Source of the DNA: a bacterium
GTDB lineage: Bacteria; UBA8248
Assembly (NCBI GenBank): GCA_965204535.1
Contig: CBDBEV010000001.1
Span: 2,048,001 to 2,112,000, forward strand
Direction of reading: 5' to 3'
DNA length: 64,000 bases
Each line of letters begins with the position of its first letter. Position 1 is the first letter of the stretch. The position numbers and the translations under genes were made by a program. A model generated the notes under the pieces. It saw only the letters and a program-made list of their open reading frames with translations, made no database searches and was not told the origin of the DNA. Positions 1 to 13,278 of this stretch are shown here, piece after piece.

Positions 1-2016
1 GCCGCCGAACTCGCGAATGAGCGTGCCCAGGTGCCGCGCGCCCAGGCGGGTGTTGATCTCGGGGTCGAACAGGTCGCTCACGGACCTGATGCGGACTTTG
101 TGCTTCCTCGCGAGCCTGCGCCCGGTCGCGGGCATGAGCTGCATCAGCCCCCGGGCGCCGGCGGGGGAGATGGCGCGGGTGTCGAAGGCGCTCTCCGCCC
201 GGATGACGGCGTTCACCAGATAGGGGTTCGCCCCTCCGGGTTCTCTGCGTTTGACGACGAGCGGATATACGGTTTCCCAGAATTCCCTCGGCAGGTCGCT
301 GCCACCCGCGCGCACCGCATCCCAGAAGGATTCGTTGATCAGGTATATGGCGCGGTGGCTCTGGCCCGCCGCCGTGAAGGCGCGCGCCGCCTGGTAGCGC
401 GAATATGGCCATGAGCCGAGGCGGCGGTATTCCTTGGCGGCGAGTTCGTGAAAACCCATGGAGGAGAGCAGCGCGGCCGCCTCGCGAACCGGAGCGCTTT
501 TGGGCGGTGGCCGCAGCCATTTGCGGAAGCCGGTCTTTCTCAGAGGGGGTGGCTTCGGCGCGCCGGATTCTCCCCCGCGCGCGAGACGGCTGATGGCCCG
601 CAGGGCGAGTTGTCCGTAATAGCGGTGGCGGTGATCCCGGGCGCAGGCGCGGTAATGGGCGAGAGCGCTTTTTCGGTCCCCCGTTTTTTCCGCCGAGACG
701 GCGGCCCAGTAAGTGGCGGATGAGACAAGCCAGTGTCCGGGGTAAGCGGCTCTCATCCTGGAGAATCCCTTCTGCGCCCCCCGGTAGTCTTTGGACTGGA
801 AGCGGAGCCAGGCGAGTTGGAACAGCGCCTTGGGCGCCAGGGGTGAGCGCGGGTGTTTGGAGATCACATCCTTGTAATAGCGCGCGGATTTTTTGAAATT
901 GCGGTCGTCCTCATATACGCGGGCGAGGAGGTAGCGCGTCTTCGCCGCCCATTTCCCTTTTCGCGTCTCGGTGAGCAGGCGGTGCGCCTGTTTTTCGAAG
1001 GCGGGTTGATTTCTCTTGCGCAGGTGGTTTCTGGCCAGATAATACCGCGCCTCCGCACGCCCGGCGCTGCCTGCGGCGTAATGTCTGATGGCGTGCCTGA
1101 GGGCGGGGTCCGCCCGTTTCGTTTTGCGCAGGGAGAAAAGGGTGAGCGCTTCGTTGAACACGACGCCCTTGTGGGAGCTGGTGTGTTGATAGAATTTCGG
1201 GAACAGGCGCTTCAAGTCCCCAAACCCTTTCAGTGCCTTTTCGAAGCGATAGCGTTTCCTGAGGAGCCGGGCGCGTTCGTAGTGGGCTATGGGCCCCGGT
1301 TTTTTGAGCGGCGGGGAGAGGGCGGCGCCGATTCGCGTCGAGCGTCGCAGCGCCCGGCGCGCGGCGGGGTGTTCGGGATGCCGCCGCCACAATTTGCGAA
1401 AGGCGAGCGCAGCTTCGCGGTTTCGACGCGCGGCACGGAGTGCTTTGGCGCGCCTGAGCAGAAGATCGGGTGCCTCCAGGCTTTTCGGGAACAGGAGAAG
1501 GTAGCGCTTGGCGATCTTGGCTGCGCGCAGGGGACGCTTTTCCTCGAGGTTTATGTCGACGAGCGCCTTGTAGACGAAAGGAGGCTCGGGCGCTTTTTTC
1601 CCTTTTTTGACCAGTCTTTCGAGCGCGCGCCGGGCGATGGCGTTATCCCTGGCGCCGAGCGCGGCTTTCGCCAGAAACAAGAGCGCGTAGTTCTCGAGCG
1701 CGGGAATCTGCTCGAGCGATTTCTGTAAAGATTTGATCGCCGGACGAAACTGCTCGAGTTTCAAATGGGCGTGGCCCAGCAAAAAAGAACGCCTGCCGGC
1801 CAGGTCCGTTTTTTCCCGGCGCAGGGTGCGAATGAGTTCCTTGTATCGCTCCTTGGCCAGGAGATTTTCGATTCGGGTGGGCAGAGGCGGGCGGGCGGCT
1901 TTTTTTTCGAGCGATGGTTTTATGGCGGGCGCGGGTCGCTCCTTCGGTGCGGATGAGACGAGCGTCGGCAGCAGATACAAGCCGAGAATGGCGGCGATGC
2001 AGGCTCGCGGCTTCAT
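1..2016 (-). CDS. Soluble lytic murein transglycosylase (helical/TPR-like N-terminus plus SLT domain); 3' end runs off the window
   Basis: Not in the ORF track. I translated both ends of the minus strand by hand in one frame. ATG at 2016 gives MKPRACIAAILGLYLLP (signal-like). The window edge reads LVNAVIRAESAFDTRAISPAGARGLMQLMPATG...LFDPEINTRLGARHL (SLT ES and GLMQ motifs). The middle was not fully checked. Confidence 0.85.
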   Translation of the reverse strand, partial: MKPRACIAAILGLYLLPTLVSSAPKERPAPAIKPSLEKKAARPPLPTRIENLLAKERYKELIRTLRREKTDLAGRRSFLLGHAHLKLEQFRPAIKSLQKSLEQIPALENYALLFLAKAALGARDNAIARRALERLVKKGKKAPEPPFVYKALVDINLEEKRPLRAAKIAKRYLLLFPKSLEAPDLLLRRAKALRAARRNREAALAFRKLWRRHPEHPAARRALRRSTRIGAALSPPLKKPGPIAHYERARLLRKRYRFEKALKGFGDLKRLFPKFYQHTSSHKGVVFNEALTLFSLRKTKRADPALRHAIRHYAAGSAGRAEARYYLARNHLRKRNQPAFEKQAHRLLTETRKGKWAAKTRYLLARVYEDDRNFKKSARYYKDVISKHPRSPLAPKALFQLAWLRFQSKDYRGAQKGFSRMRAAYPGHWLVSSATYWAAVSAEKTGDRKSALAHYRACARDHRHRYYGQLALRAISRLARGGESGAPKPPPLRKTGFRKWLRPPPKSAPVREAAALLSSMGFHELAAKEYRRLGSWPYSRYQAARAFTAAGQSHRAIYLINESFWDAVRAGGSDLPREFWETVYPLVVKRREPGGANPYLVNAVIRAESAFDTRAISPAGARGLMQLMPATGRRLARKHKVRIRSVSDLFDPEINTRLGARHLGTLIREFGG

Positions 2017-2039
2017 GTCGATTTTCAGTTTTTTGATTT

Positions 2040-3224
2040 TTACTCCCCCCGTCGCGCGAATTCGGCCTGAACGGCCCGGCGAGCCCCTTCGTCGAGAAGA
2101 AAGTCCACCCCCGTCATCGCCAGCGCCTTGGCGCCTGTGAGCATGACGCGCCTGCCCTCCGCTCCGCCGGATGCTTCGGCGAACTCCGGCGTGTGCGCGG
2201 AAACGCCCGATGGGACCATCTGGATTTGCGGATGAATGGTGGGCGTCTGCTGGCTGACGTTCCCCACGTCGGAGGAGCCCATCCGCAGGGGCGGCGGGGA
2301 GTCGGGCTCGACAACGCCGAGAAGATTCAGGTTTTTCAGGAACAACGACGCCAGGGGCGGGTTGACCCGCATGGGGGCGTAGATGATGGGGTTTTTCTCC
2401 GTCTCGAGTTCCGTTCCCGTGGCCAGGGCGGCGCCTTCCGCGCAGGCGATGACCCGCGGCGCCAGAGCATCGAGTCCCTCCATCGTTTTGCTCCTCACGA
2501 AAAACCACGCGGAGGCTTTATCGGGGATGATGTTGGGCGCCTCCCCGCCCTCGGTGATTACGCCGTGCACGCGGTCGCCGCTGGGCAGTTGTTGGCGTAG
2601 CAAGGAGACGGCATTGAACGTGGCGATGACGGCGTCGAGCGCGTTGACGCCCAGGTCGGGTGCTGCGGAGGCGTGGGCGGTGCGTCCCCTGAAGTGAAAG
2701 CGAAGCTCTGAGAGCGCGAGAAAATCGACATCGGCCCTGGTCTTGTCCGATGGGTGGATCATCATGGCGGCGTCCACATCCCGGAACATGCCGGCCTGCG
2801 CCATCAGCACCTTGCCGCCACCGCCTTCCTCTCCGGGCGTGCCGAAAACGGTGACGCCTCCGCATTCGGGGCCGAGCGCTTTTCTGAGCGCCACGCCGGC
2901 GGCAGCGCTGGCGACCCCGATGACGTTGTGCGCGCAGGCATGCCCGAGGCCGGGCAGCGCGTCGTATTCCGAGAGAAACGAAACGGATGGTTTTTTCTCA
3001 TCCGCGGCGGGCCTGTCCGCGCGAAACGCGGTGGGCAGGTTCGCCACGCCGCGCGCGAGGGCGAATCCGTTTTCCTCGAGATAGGTGCAAAGCCGCTCGG
3101 CCGCGCGGTGTTCTTCGAGGCTGAGTTCAGGGTCTGCGTGAATCGCGAGAGAAAGCGCCCACAGCGCATCCGCCTCATCGTCGATTAGCTTCGAAATGGC
3201 GGTTTTTGCCTCGTGAATATCCAC
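2040..3224 (-). CDS. M20 family amidohydrolase (AbgB/PM20D2-like)
   Basis: Motifs IHADPELSLEE, EYDALPGLGHACAHN, GTPGEEGGGGK, GSSDVGNVS. Confidence 0.9.
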   Translation of the reverse strand: MDIHEAKTAISKLIDDEADALWALSLAIHADPELSLEEHRAAERLCTYLEENGFALARGVANLPTAFRADRPAADEKKPSVSFLSEYDALPGLGHACAHNVIGVASAAAGVALRKALGPECGGVTVFGTPGEEGGGGKVLMAQAGMFRDVDAAMMIHPSDKTRADVDFLALSELRFHFRGRTAHASAAPDLGVNALDAVIATFNAVSLLRQQLPSGDRVHGVITEGGEAPNIIPDKASAWFFVRSKTMEGLDALAPRVIACAEGAALATGTELETEKNPIIYAPMRVNPPLASLFLKNLNLLGVVEPDSPPPLRMGSSDVGNVSQQTPTIHPQIQMVPSGVSAHTPEFAEASGGAEGRRVMLTGAKALAMTGVDFLLDEGARRAVQAEFARRGE

Positions 3225-3369
3225 TCAGGCTACGCCTCCAGGGGCGGGCGGGAGGCTCATTATCACCAGCCTTTCGGGGAGATGTCAACGATTTGCATCG
3301 ACTTGTTTGCATTGACGCGTACCGGCGAAAGGGGCGATACTGCATGCTCCGCCCGGAAGGAGAATAGAC

Positions 3370-4131
3370 TTGCCCCCTTTTTTGGCCGCGGCCGCGTTGC
3401 CGACGGGCGATTCCGCGCCACTTGCACCGCTTCAAGAGGAAATGGATGTCATCACCCTCGCCACCCAATCGGGCGGCATGGTGTTTTTCGTTTTGCTGGT
3501 GCTCGTGTTTTTCTCGCTCTCTTCCTGGGCCATCATCATCTGGAAATTTTGGGAGCTCAGAGGAGCGCGGCGGCGCTCGGCGATGTTCGTCGATGCGTTC
3601 TGGCGTTCCAAGCGCCTCGACAGGCTGTATGCGGAGCTCGCCGAGCATGAGGGCAGTCCGGTGGGCGAGGTGTTCGCCGCAGGCTATCAGGAAGCCGAAC
3701 AAGTGCTGAAGACGCGCTCTCGCGAAGGGGAGGAAGATTCGAGCGTTCTCACCTCGGAAATGACGGGGGTGGACAGCGTCGAGCGCGCGCTGAGGCGCGC
3801 GGCGAACGAGCAGGTGAGCAGGCTCGAGCGCATGCTGACCTTTCTGGCCACCACGGCGAGCGCCACGCCGTTCATCGGGCTCTTCGGCACGGTGTGGGGC
3901 ATCATGAATTCGTTTCGCGAGATCGGCGCCAGGGGTTCCGCCGGGCTCGCCGTCGTTGCGCCGGGCATCAGCGAGGCGCTCATCGCCACGGCGCTCGGGC
4001 TGCTGGCGGCCATTCCCGCCGTGATCGCCTATAATCACTACCAGGGCCGCGTGAAGGTGATCGCGGATGAAATCGAAAACTTTACGGCGGATTTCCTCAA
4101 TCTGGTCGACCGCCATTTCATGCGTTTATGA
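3370..4131 (+). CDS. tolQ: Tol-Pal protein TolQ (MotA/TolQ/ExbB)
   Basis: LATTASATPFIGLFGTVWGIM and APGISEALIATALGL; AAGGAG before the TTG start; first gene of the tol-pal cluster. Confidence 0.93.
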   Translation: MPPFLAAAALPTGDSAPLAPLQEEMDVITLATQSGGMVFFVLLVLVFFSLSSWAIIIWKFWELRGARRRSAMFVDAFWRSKRLDRLYAELAEHEGSPVGEVFAAGYQEAEQVLKTRSREGEEDSSVLTSEMTGVDSVERALRRAANEQVSRLERMLTFLATTASATPFIGLFGTVWGIMNSFREIGARGSAGLAVVAPGISEALIATALGLLAAIPAVIAYNHYQGRVKVIADEIENFTADFLNLVDRHFMRL

Positions 4132-4146
4132 CGAGCGGAGCTTCCC

Positions 4147-4587
4147 GTGGCCGTTAAGCTGAACCGTGGTTCGAGCATCTCGGACATCAACGTCACGCCG
4201 CTCGTGGACGTGATGCTGGTGCTGTTGGTGATTTTCATGGTCACGGCGCCTCTGCTCGAAACGCAGAACCAGGCCGTGAACGTGGATTTGCCGCAGGTGC
4301 AGGCGGCGAAGGCGAACGTGGCCGAGGATGCCGTCGTCATCACGTTGGACAAAAAACGCGACATGTATATAAATGATAACCCGCTGGTCGCCGCCGAGTT
4401 GAAGGAGAAGCTCACGGTGCTCTTCAAAGACAGGAGGCGCAAGGAAATCTTTCTCAGGGCGGATCGCGCGGTTCCTTACGGGGAGGTGGTCGAGGTCATG
4501 GCCATCATTCGCGCGGCGGGCATCAACCGCCTCAACATGGTGACCGACCCCCTGGAGTCCGCTCGGGGCGGGCGGCGCAGACGCTGA
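4147..4587 (+). CDS. tolR: Tol-Pal protein TolR
   Basis: INVTPLVDVMLVLLVIFMVTAP and LRADRAVPYGEV. Confidence 0.93.
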   Translation: MAVKLNRGSSISDINVTPLVDVMLVLLVIFMVTAPLLETQNQAVNVDLPQVQAAKANVAEDAVVITLDKKRDMYINDNPLVAAELKEKLTVLFKDRRRKEIFLRADRAVPYGEVVEVMAIIRAAGINRLNMVTDPLESARGGRRRR

Positions 4588-4602
4588 GAAGTCGATGGCC
4601 CC

Positions 4603-5667
4603 ATGAATAAAAAACGGGAGTTCCCGCAAAATTCCAGTTCCTCCAGCGCGCGCTCACCCCGATCGGGCGCGAGCCTTCGGGGCGCAAACGGCAAGCAGGG
4701 CGGGTTGTTCCGCGACCGCCGGTTTCTCAGGGCGCTGGCGGCTTCCGTTGTTTTGCACGCCTCGCTCTTCGTTTGGGTGAGCCTGGCGCCCTCTCAGCCG
4801 AAATACCGGTTTTTCGGAAGCGGAACGGCCGTCAGCCTGGTGGGGGCGGATGAAATCCCGGGTGGTTCGGCGCGGGGAAAATCCGGCGATCGGCTCGAAG
4901 ACATCGAAGCGCCCATCCCTCGAAAAGGACCGGACGAGGGGACGAGGAAGATAGCGGCGCCGAAGAAAAAAACCGCGCCCGCCAAGGTGAAGAAAAAGAA
5001 GGTCGTCAAGAAGAAAAAGAAACCCGCCAAGAATGTTCGGCGAATCAGTACCGGGAAAGAAAAGAATAACAAAAAGGTCGTTCGGAAAAAGAAAAAGCGC
5101 GACCCCGTTCGCGAGGCGCGCCTCAAGCGGATACGCGATCGGAGGGAACGCGCCAGGCGCTGGCGTTCGCGTTTCAAGAAAAACGAAAAGGACAAACCGG
5201 CTAAAAAGAAAAAGCGTCCCCGCGATGATTGGATGAGCGATGATCGCCTGGCGAAGGCGGACCGCGCGCCCAAGCGCCGGGCGCCTCGTAAGGGATACGC
5301 CGGCGAGGGGGGAGGCGACGGCCAGGGCGGCGGCAGCCGCGCGGGCGGCAGCGGCGGCGTCGCGCGAACCGAAAAGGAGAGATACTATGGGCTTCTGGCG
5401 GAGCGCATTCGGGGTCTCTGGACGGTGCCGCCCGGCATTTCGGATTTGGGTCGACTCAAGACCGACGTCACGATTGACGTAGACAGGCAAGGGAATTATC
5501 GCAATTTGCGGGTCGTGCGCTACAGCGGGAACCACATTTACGATCAGGCGGCGCTGCGCGCCGTGCAGCGGGCCGCCGAACCCTCTTTGCCCAAGCCGCC
5601 CGATACGATCAAGGAAAACTGGCTTTTGCTCGGTTTTCGATTCTGCGGAGAGGATTTTTGCCGTTGA
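4603..5667 (+). CDS. tolA: TolA/TonB-family energy transducer
   Basis: TM anchor SVVLHA, long charged linker, TonB-C-like end (SGNHIYDQAALRAV...LPKPP); lies between tolR and tolB. Confidence 0.8.
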   Translation: MNKKREFPQNSSSSSARSPRSGASLRGANGKQGGLFRDRRFLRALAASVVLHASLFVWVSLAPSQPKYRFFGSGTAVSLVGADEIPGGSARGKSGDRLEDIEAPIPRKGPDEGTRKIAAPKKKTAPAKVKKKKVVKKKKKPAKNVRRISTGKEKNNKKVVRKKKKRDPVREARLKRIRDRRERARRWRSRFKKNEKDKPAKKKKRPRDDWMSDDRLAKADRAPKRRAPRKGYAGEGGGDGQGGGSRAGGSGGVARTEKERYYGLLAERIRGLWTVPPGISDLGRLKTDVTIDVDRQGNYRNLRVVRYSGNHIYDQAALRAVQRAAEPSLPKPPDTIKENWLLLGFRFCGEDFCR

Positions 5668-5711
5668 TGCGAGAAAAAAATCAAACCACACCGAACAGGC
5701 GCGAGGGTCCC

Positions 5712-7028
5712 ATGCTTCATTGGGCGGTTTTTCTCATCGTCATGGTTTTCTCATGGCCTCAAGCTGCGGAAGCCGCGCGCGAGTTCATCGACATCTATTC
5801 CCCCACGGCCAGAAAAATTCGATTGGCTATCCCTGAGTTTCGCCCCCTCGATACCGGGCGCGACCCGCTGGGCCTCAAGATCGCGCAAGTCATCGAATCC
5901 GATCTTGAGCGCAGCGGCCTGTTCTTCATCCCCAACCGCAAAGGCTATCTGGAAAACCCCATGCGCGCGGGGATTCGAAGGGACGAACAGCGCTTCTCCG
6001 ACTGGAGCAAGGTCGTCAAGGTGGATGCCCTCATCAAGGGCGGCTACACCATTTCGGGAAAGACCATCACCGCGGAGGTCTATCTGTACGATACGCAAAG
6101 CGCCGCCCAGGAGTTGGGCAAGCGGTACCGCTACCCGAAGAGCGGGTGGCGCTTGCTGGCCCACCGGTTCGCCAACGCGGTGGTCGAGCACTTCACGGGC
6201 GAGAAGGGAGTGTTCGACACGCAAATCGCATTCGTCTCGAGGCGTTCGCTCAAAGAGCGCGGAGAGATTTACATCATGGACTGGGACGGCGCCGAACTCA
6301 GGCGCGTGACGCGCAACGGCATGGGGAACAACACGCCCGCGTGGTCTCCGGACGGAAGATGGATGGCGTATTCTTCGTTCAAATCCAGGCCGCCCGGCGT
6401 GTTTCTGCTGCCCACGAACGGCGCGCGCGAGTTCAAGGTGAGTTCTTCTCGCGCGCAAGCCATCGGAGGCGCCTTTTCTCCGAATTCACGCTATTTCGCC
6501 TTTGCCGAACTCGTGGGGCGAAACTATGAGATATTCCGCTACGATTTGCGCACCCGCGTGAAGAGGAGACTCACGAAGAGCTTCGGCATCGACGTGTCTC
6601 CCACGTTCTCGCCGGACGGCAAAAGAATCGCCTTTACGTCGAGCCGGTCGGGAAATCCCCACATTTACGTCATGAACGTGGACGGCTCGGGCCCTAAGCG
6701 CATCACGTACAAGGGAAAATACACGAGAAAATACAATACCGAACCCGAGTGGAGTCCACGGGGGGACAGAATCGCCCTGACGAGCCGCATCAAGCGGGGA
6801 AAAGAAATCGACATCATCACCATGACCCCGGACGGCAGGGACGTGCGCCGCCTCACGGGCAGCCAGGGCCGCAACGAATCACCCACCTGGTCCCCCGATG
6901 GACGGCACATCGCCTTCTCCTCCGATCGGAGCGGCCGGAAATATGTATACGTGATGACATCCGCAGGCACGCAACTCAAGCGTCTTCAACCCGGGCAGGA
7001 GCCCGCCTGGTCGCCCACATCGAAATGA
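5712..7028 (+). CDS. tolB: Tol-Pal beta-propeller protein TolB
   Basis: AHRFANAVVEHFTGEKGVFDTQIAFVS and PD40 repeats (PAWSPDG, PTFSPDG, PTWSPDG); start may be 5667. Confidence 0.93.
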   Translation: MLHWAVFLIVMVFSWPQAAEAAREFIDIYSPTARKIRLAIPEFRPLDTGRDPLGLKIAQVIESDLERSGLFFIPNRKGYLENPMRAGIRRDEQRFSDWSKVVKVDALIKGGYTISGKTITAEVYLYDTQSAAQELGKRYRYPKSGWRLLAHRFANAVVEHFTGEKGVFDTQIAFVSRRSLKERGEIYIMDWDGAELRRVTRNGMGNNTPAWSPDGRWMAYSSFKSRPPGVFLLPTNGAREFKVSSSRAQAIGGAFSPNSRYFAFAELVGRNYEIFRYDLRTRVKRRLTKSFGIDVSPTFSPDGKRIAFTSSRSGNPHIYVMNVDGSGPKRITYKGKYTRKYNTEPEWSPRGDRIALTSRIKRGKEIDIITMTPDGRDVRRLTGSQGRNESPTWSPDGRHIAFSSDRSGRKYVYVMTSAGTQLKRLQPGQEPAWSPTSK

Positions 7029-7074
7029 AATCTTGAAAATCGGGAAATAACTCTTGAAAAAGCAGGAAATAGAC

Positions 7075-7103
7075 TTGCTCATCGCGCATTCGCCCATTAT
7101 ACT
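7075..7103 (+). promoter_or_regulatory. Putative sigma70 promoter for pal
   Basis: TTGCTC-17 nt-TATACT in the tolB-pal intergenic region. Confidence 0.5.
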
Positions 7104-7216
7104 TCGCCTGCGTATGCCTGTGAATGAATGAAGAGGGGAAGAGTTTCCGCTCCGTGTAGTATCACGCTTCTCACTCTGAACATATACGAACAAGAGACTC
7201 CGAGGGGGATGTCTGC

Positions 7217-7801
7217 ATGTTGTTATCGGGCCGTATTAAATCTTTTCAATCTTTCTTGATGGCTGCGGTGCTCCTGTTCGCAGTGGGTTGCGTGAAACAG
7301 ACCGTGGAAACGGAAGAACTACCGCCTCCCAAACCGCCTGCTCCCATGGTGAGAAAAAAGCAACCTCCTAAGCCCGTGGTGAAAGAAGACATGATGGAGG
7401 CGGAGCGTCGCCGCAAGCGCGCCGCTTTCAAGCGGTCGTTGGCCGAGTTTGAAAACGATCTGGTGTATTTTGATTTTGATAAATCCGAGGTCCGCCCCGA
7501 TATGCGCGCGATCATGGACGCCAAGGCCCGCTTCCTGCAGGAGTTTCCCAGCATTCGGGTGCAGATCGAAGGACATTGCGACGAGCGAGGCACGGTGGAG
7601 TACAACATCGCGCTCGGGCACAGGCGGTCGCAGAGTTCCAAGGATTACCTCGTCTCGCTCGGCGTCAAGTCTTCCCGGGTCGATACGGTCAGCTATGGCG
7701 AAGAGCGTCCGGCCGATTCGCGCTCCAATGAAGCGGGATGGGCCAAGAACCGGCGAGCGAAGTTCAACGTCATCGGCGGCATTCCGGCGGGCATGAATTA
7801 G
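7217..7801 (+). CDS. pal: Peptidoglycan-associated lipoprotein Pal
   Basis: Lipobox AVGC; VYFDFDKS, IEGHCDERGTVEYNIALGHRR, SYGEERP, KNRR. Confidence 0.96.
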   Translation: MLLSGRIKSFQSFLMAAVLLFAVGCVKQTVETEELPPPKPPAPMVRKKQPPKPVVKEDMMEAERRRKRAAFKRSLAEFENDLVYFDFDKSEVRPDMRAIMDAKARFLQEFPSIRVQIEGHCDERGTVEYNIALGHRRSQSSKDYLVSLGVKSSRVDTVSYGEERPADSRSNEAGWAKNRRAKFNVIGGIPAGMN

Positions 7802-7830
7802 TCGCCCGACAGTCCTGCGCAAAGAAAAGG

Positions 7831-7865
7831 ACTCCCCGTCGGCACGCGCCGTCGGGGAGTTTTTC
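7831..7865 (+). terminator. Intrinsic terminator after pal
   Basis: actccccgtcggc-acgc-gccgtcggggagt hairpin followed by a T run. Confidence 0.7.
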
Positions 7866-7868
7866 TTC

Positions 7869-10959
<3,091 letters not shown>

Positions 10960-11047
10960 CCTTCGTTTATTCCTTTTTCTATGATCTAAATCAAATGTCA
11001 CGTATTCACATGCGGCGATACATCGTTTTTCTTATGGGAACCTTCTC

Positions 11048-11929
11048 ATGAGCCGGGTTCGCAAGGCGGTCTTTCCTGTGGCCGGGCTCGGCACGCGGTT
11101 TTTGCCCGCCACCAAGGTGATCCCGAAAGAGATGCTTCCCATCGTGGACATCCCGCAAATCCAGATCGGCGTGCAGGAGGCCCTGGACGCCGGCATCGAG
11201 GAGATCGTCTTCATCACCGGACGCGGGAAGGTTTCGATGGTGGACCACTTTGATGTCGCGTTCGAGGTGGAATCTTATTTGCGTGACAGGGGCGAGGAGA
11301 GGTCATTGGCCGTGGTGGAGGAAATCTCGCAAAAAGCGCGTATTACGTCCATCCGCCAGAAGCGTCCTTTGGGTTTGGGTCATGCGATATTGTGCGCCAA
11401 GCCGGCCGTGGGTGATGAGCCTTTCGCCGTCATATTGCCCGATGACGTCATCAGGAGCGAAGAGCCCGCCATCGGCCAGTTGGTTCGTGTGTTCAATGCG
11501 CATGGCGGCGGCGTGGTCGCGGGGCTGCGGGTTGAGAAGCACGCGCTCTCCAAATACGGCGTCATCGATCCTTCCGGCGAACCGTCGCCCGCCCCCGGCG
11601 TCACGCCGCTCAAGGGGATGGTGGAAAAGCCGAAGCCCGAAGATGCGCCCTCGGACATCGCCATTATCGGGCGCTACGTTTTGCCGCCGGAGATTTTCCC
11701 GATCCTCGAGCGTATGAAGCCGGATGCGAAAGGGGAGATTCAGCTCACCGACGGGTTGCAAGGTCTGCTGGAGCATACCAGGCTTTACGCTTATGAGTAT
11801 GAAGGAAAGCGCTTTGACGCGGGCGACAAGCTGGGTTTCTTGGAAGCGACGGTCGAGTTCGCTCTGGATCGCGAGGACATCGGTCCCGCGTTTCGGAATT
11901 ATCTGAGGAGATTGACAGACTCATGGTAG
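11048..11929 (+). CDS. galU: UTP-glucose-1-phosphate uridylyltransferase
   Basis: KAVFPVAGLGTRFLPATKVIPKEMLP, GLGHA, VEKP, EIQLTD. Confidence 0.96.
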   Translation: MSRVRKAVFPVAGLGTRFLPATKVIPKEMLPIVDIPQIQIGVQEALDAGIEEIVFITGRGKVSMVDHFDVAFEVESYLRDRGEERSLAVVEEISQKARITSIRQKRPLGLGHAILCAKPAVGDEPFAVILPDDVIRSEEPAIGQLVRVFNAHGGGVVAGLRVEKHALSKYGVIDPSGEPSPAPGVTPLKGMVEKPKPEDAPSDIAIIGRYVLPPEIFPILERMKPDAKGEIQLTDGLQGLLEHTRLYAYEYEGKRFDAGDKLGFLEATVEFALDREDIGPAFRNYLRRLTDSW

Positions 11930-12005
11930 CGGAAGAACCTGCGTCTGACCCCGAACCTCCGGGGCGAAAACATCTTTATGATAGTCAGCCGGGAGGCATG
12001 GACTG

Positions 12006-13277
12006 ATGGATGCCGACCTGCTCTTCCGGTTCGTCGCCTTCGTCTTCCTCATGCTCTGTTCCGCCGGATTCTCGGCCAGCGAAACGGCTCTTTTTTCCCT
12101 TCCGCGCCCCAGGGTACGCGCCATGCGCCGGGAAGGCGGCATGGGTGAACGGGTGTCCGACCTTCTGGACAGGCCCAGGCGGCTGATTACTTCCATATTG
12201 ATGGGCAACGAAATCGTGAACATCGCCTCCTCCGCGCTGTTCACCGGCGTTGTTGTTGCATATCTGGAACCTGAGCAGAGGTGGCTCGCGCCCGTGTTCA
12301 TGACGCCGCTCTTGATGATATTCGGCGAGATCACGCCTAAATCCCTGGCGGCCCGGTATCCGGAACGGTTCTCGCGATTCCTGGCGTATCCCATATCCGG
12401 CTTCGCGCGCGTCATCTCTCCGCTGCGCTGGGTCTTCTTGCAGGTGGCGAACGGCGTGCTCACCTTGATGGGAGCGCCGTCGCGCGATCCGCAAAGCATT
12501 CTCATGGAGGACGAGTTCCTCCACCTCGTGGACGCGGGCCACGCCGAGGGCGAACTCGAAGAGGGCGAGCGAGAACTCATTCACAACGTCTTCGGCTTTC
12601 ACGATAGAACCGTCTCGGAAGTGACGGTGCCGCGCACGGATCTGGAGTGTTGGGAGATGAACCTGCCCATCGCCGAAGTGATCGAGCGCGTCCGAACGGC
12701 GGCGCATTCGCGCATTCCGATTTTCGGGCAAGACCGGGACCAGATAGTGGGCATCCTGTATGTCAAGGATTTCCTGCGCCAGGCGGGGCGGAAGAACTTC
12801 GGTCCCGAGGAGCGCATGACGAAACAGATGCTGCGCCCCCCCCTCGTGGTTCCGGGCGGGATGAAGCTCGACCGCCTGTTCCGCCGGTTCCGGCATGAGC
12901 GGACCCACGTCGCCATCGTTCAGGACGAGTTCGGCGGCACCCTCGGCCTGGTGTCGATGACGGATCTGCTCGAGGAGATTTTCGGCGAAATCAAGGATGA
13001 ACACGAAGAGGCCGAGGAAACCTGGATTGCGCAGGAAGGCGAGGATTCATACCTGTGCCAGGGGCGCGTCCCCCTGGCCGAATTCTCGGCGGTGAGCGGC
13101 TGGGAGCTTCCCGACTACGAGGAGGCGAATACGCTGGGCGGTGCGGTCTTCACGTTGCTGGGCCATGTGCCCTCGCTGAACGAACGGGTTCGACTGGGGA
13201 ACGTGGAATTCACGGTTGTAGAGACAAGTGGTTCCCGCGTTCTTCAGGTTCGCGCGCGAAGACGGGAGGATAATTGA
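12006..13277 (+). CDS. CNNM/HlyC-CorC family membrane protein (DUF21, CBS, CorC)
   Basis: FSASETALFSL, GEITPK, HSRIPI, DEFGGTLGLVSMTDLLEEIFGEIKDE. Confidence 0.92.
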   Translation: MDADLLFRFVAFVFLMLCSAGFSASETALFSLPRPRVRAMRREGGMGERVSDLLDRPRRLITSILMGNEIVNIASSALFTGVVVAYLEPEQRWLAPVFMTPLLMIFGEITPKSLAARYPERFSRFLAYPISGFARVISPLRWVFLQVANGVLTLMGAPSRDPQSILMEDEFLHLVDAGHAEGELEEGERELIHNVFGFHDRTVSEVTVPRTDLECWEMNLPIAEVIERVRTAAHSRIPIFGQDRDQIVGILYVKDFLRQAGRKNFGPEERMTKQMLRPPLVVPGGMKLDRLFRRFRHERTHVAIVQDEFGGTLGLVSMTDLLEEIFGEIKDEHEEAEETWIAQEGEDSYLCQGRVPLAEFSAVSGWELPDYEEANTLGGAVFTLLGHVPSLNERVRLGNVEFTVVETSGSRVLQVRARRREDN

Positions 13278-13278
13278 A

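Noticed and set aside
853-1728. 291-aa plus-strand ORF and neighbouring short ORFs in 1-2100
   Set aside because: Antisense shadows of the minus-strand lytic transglycosylase
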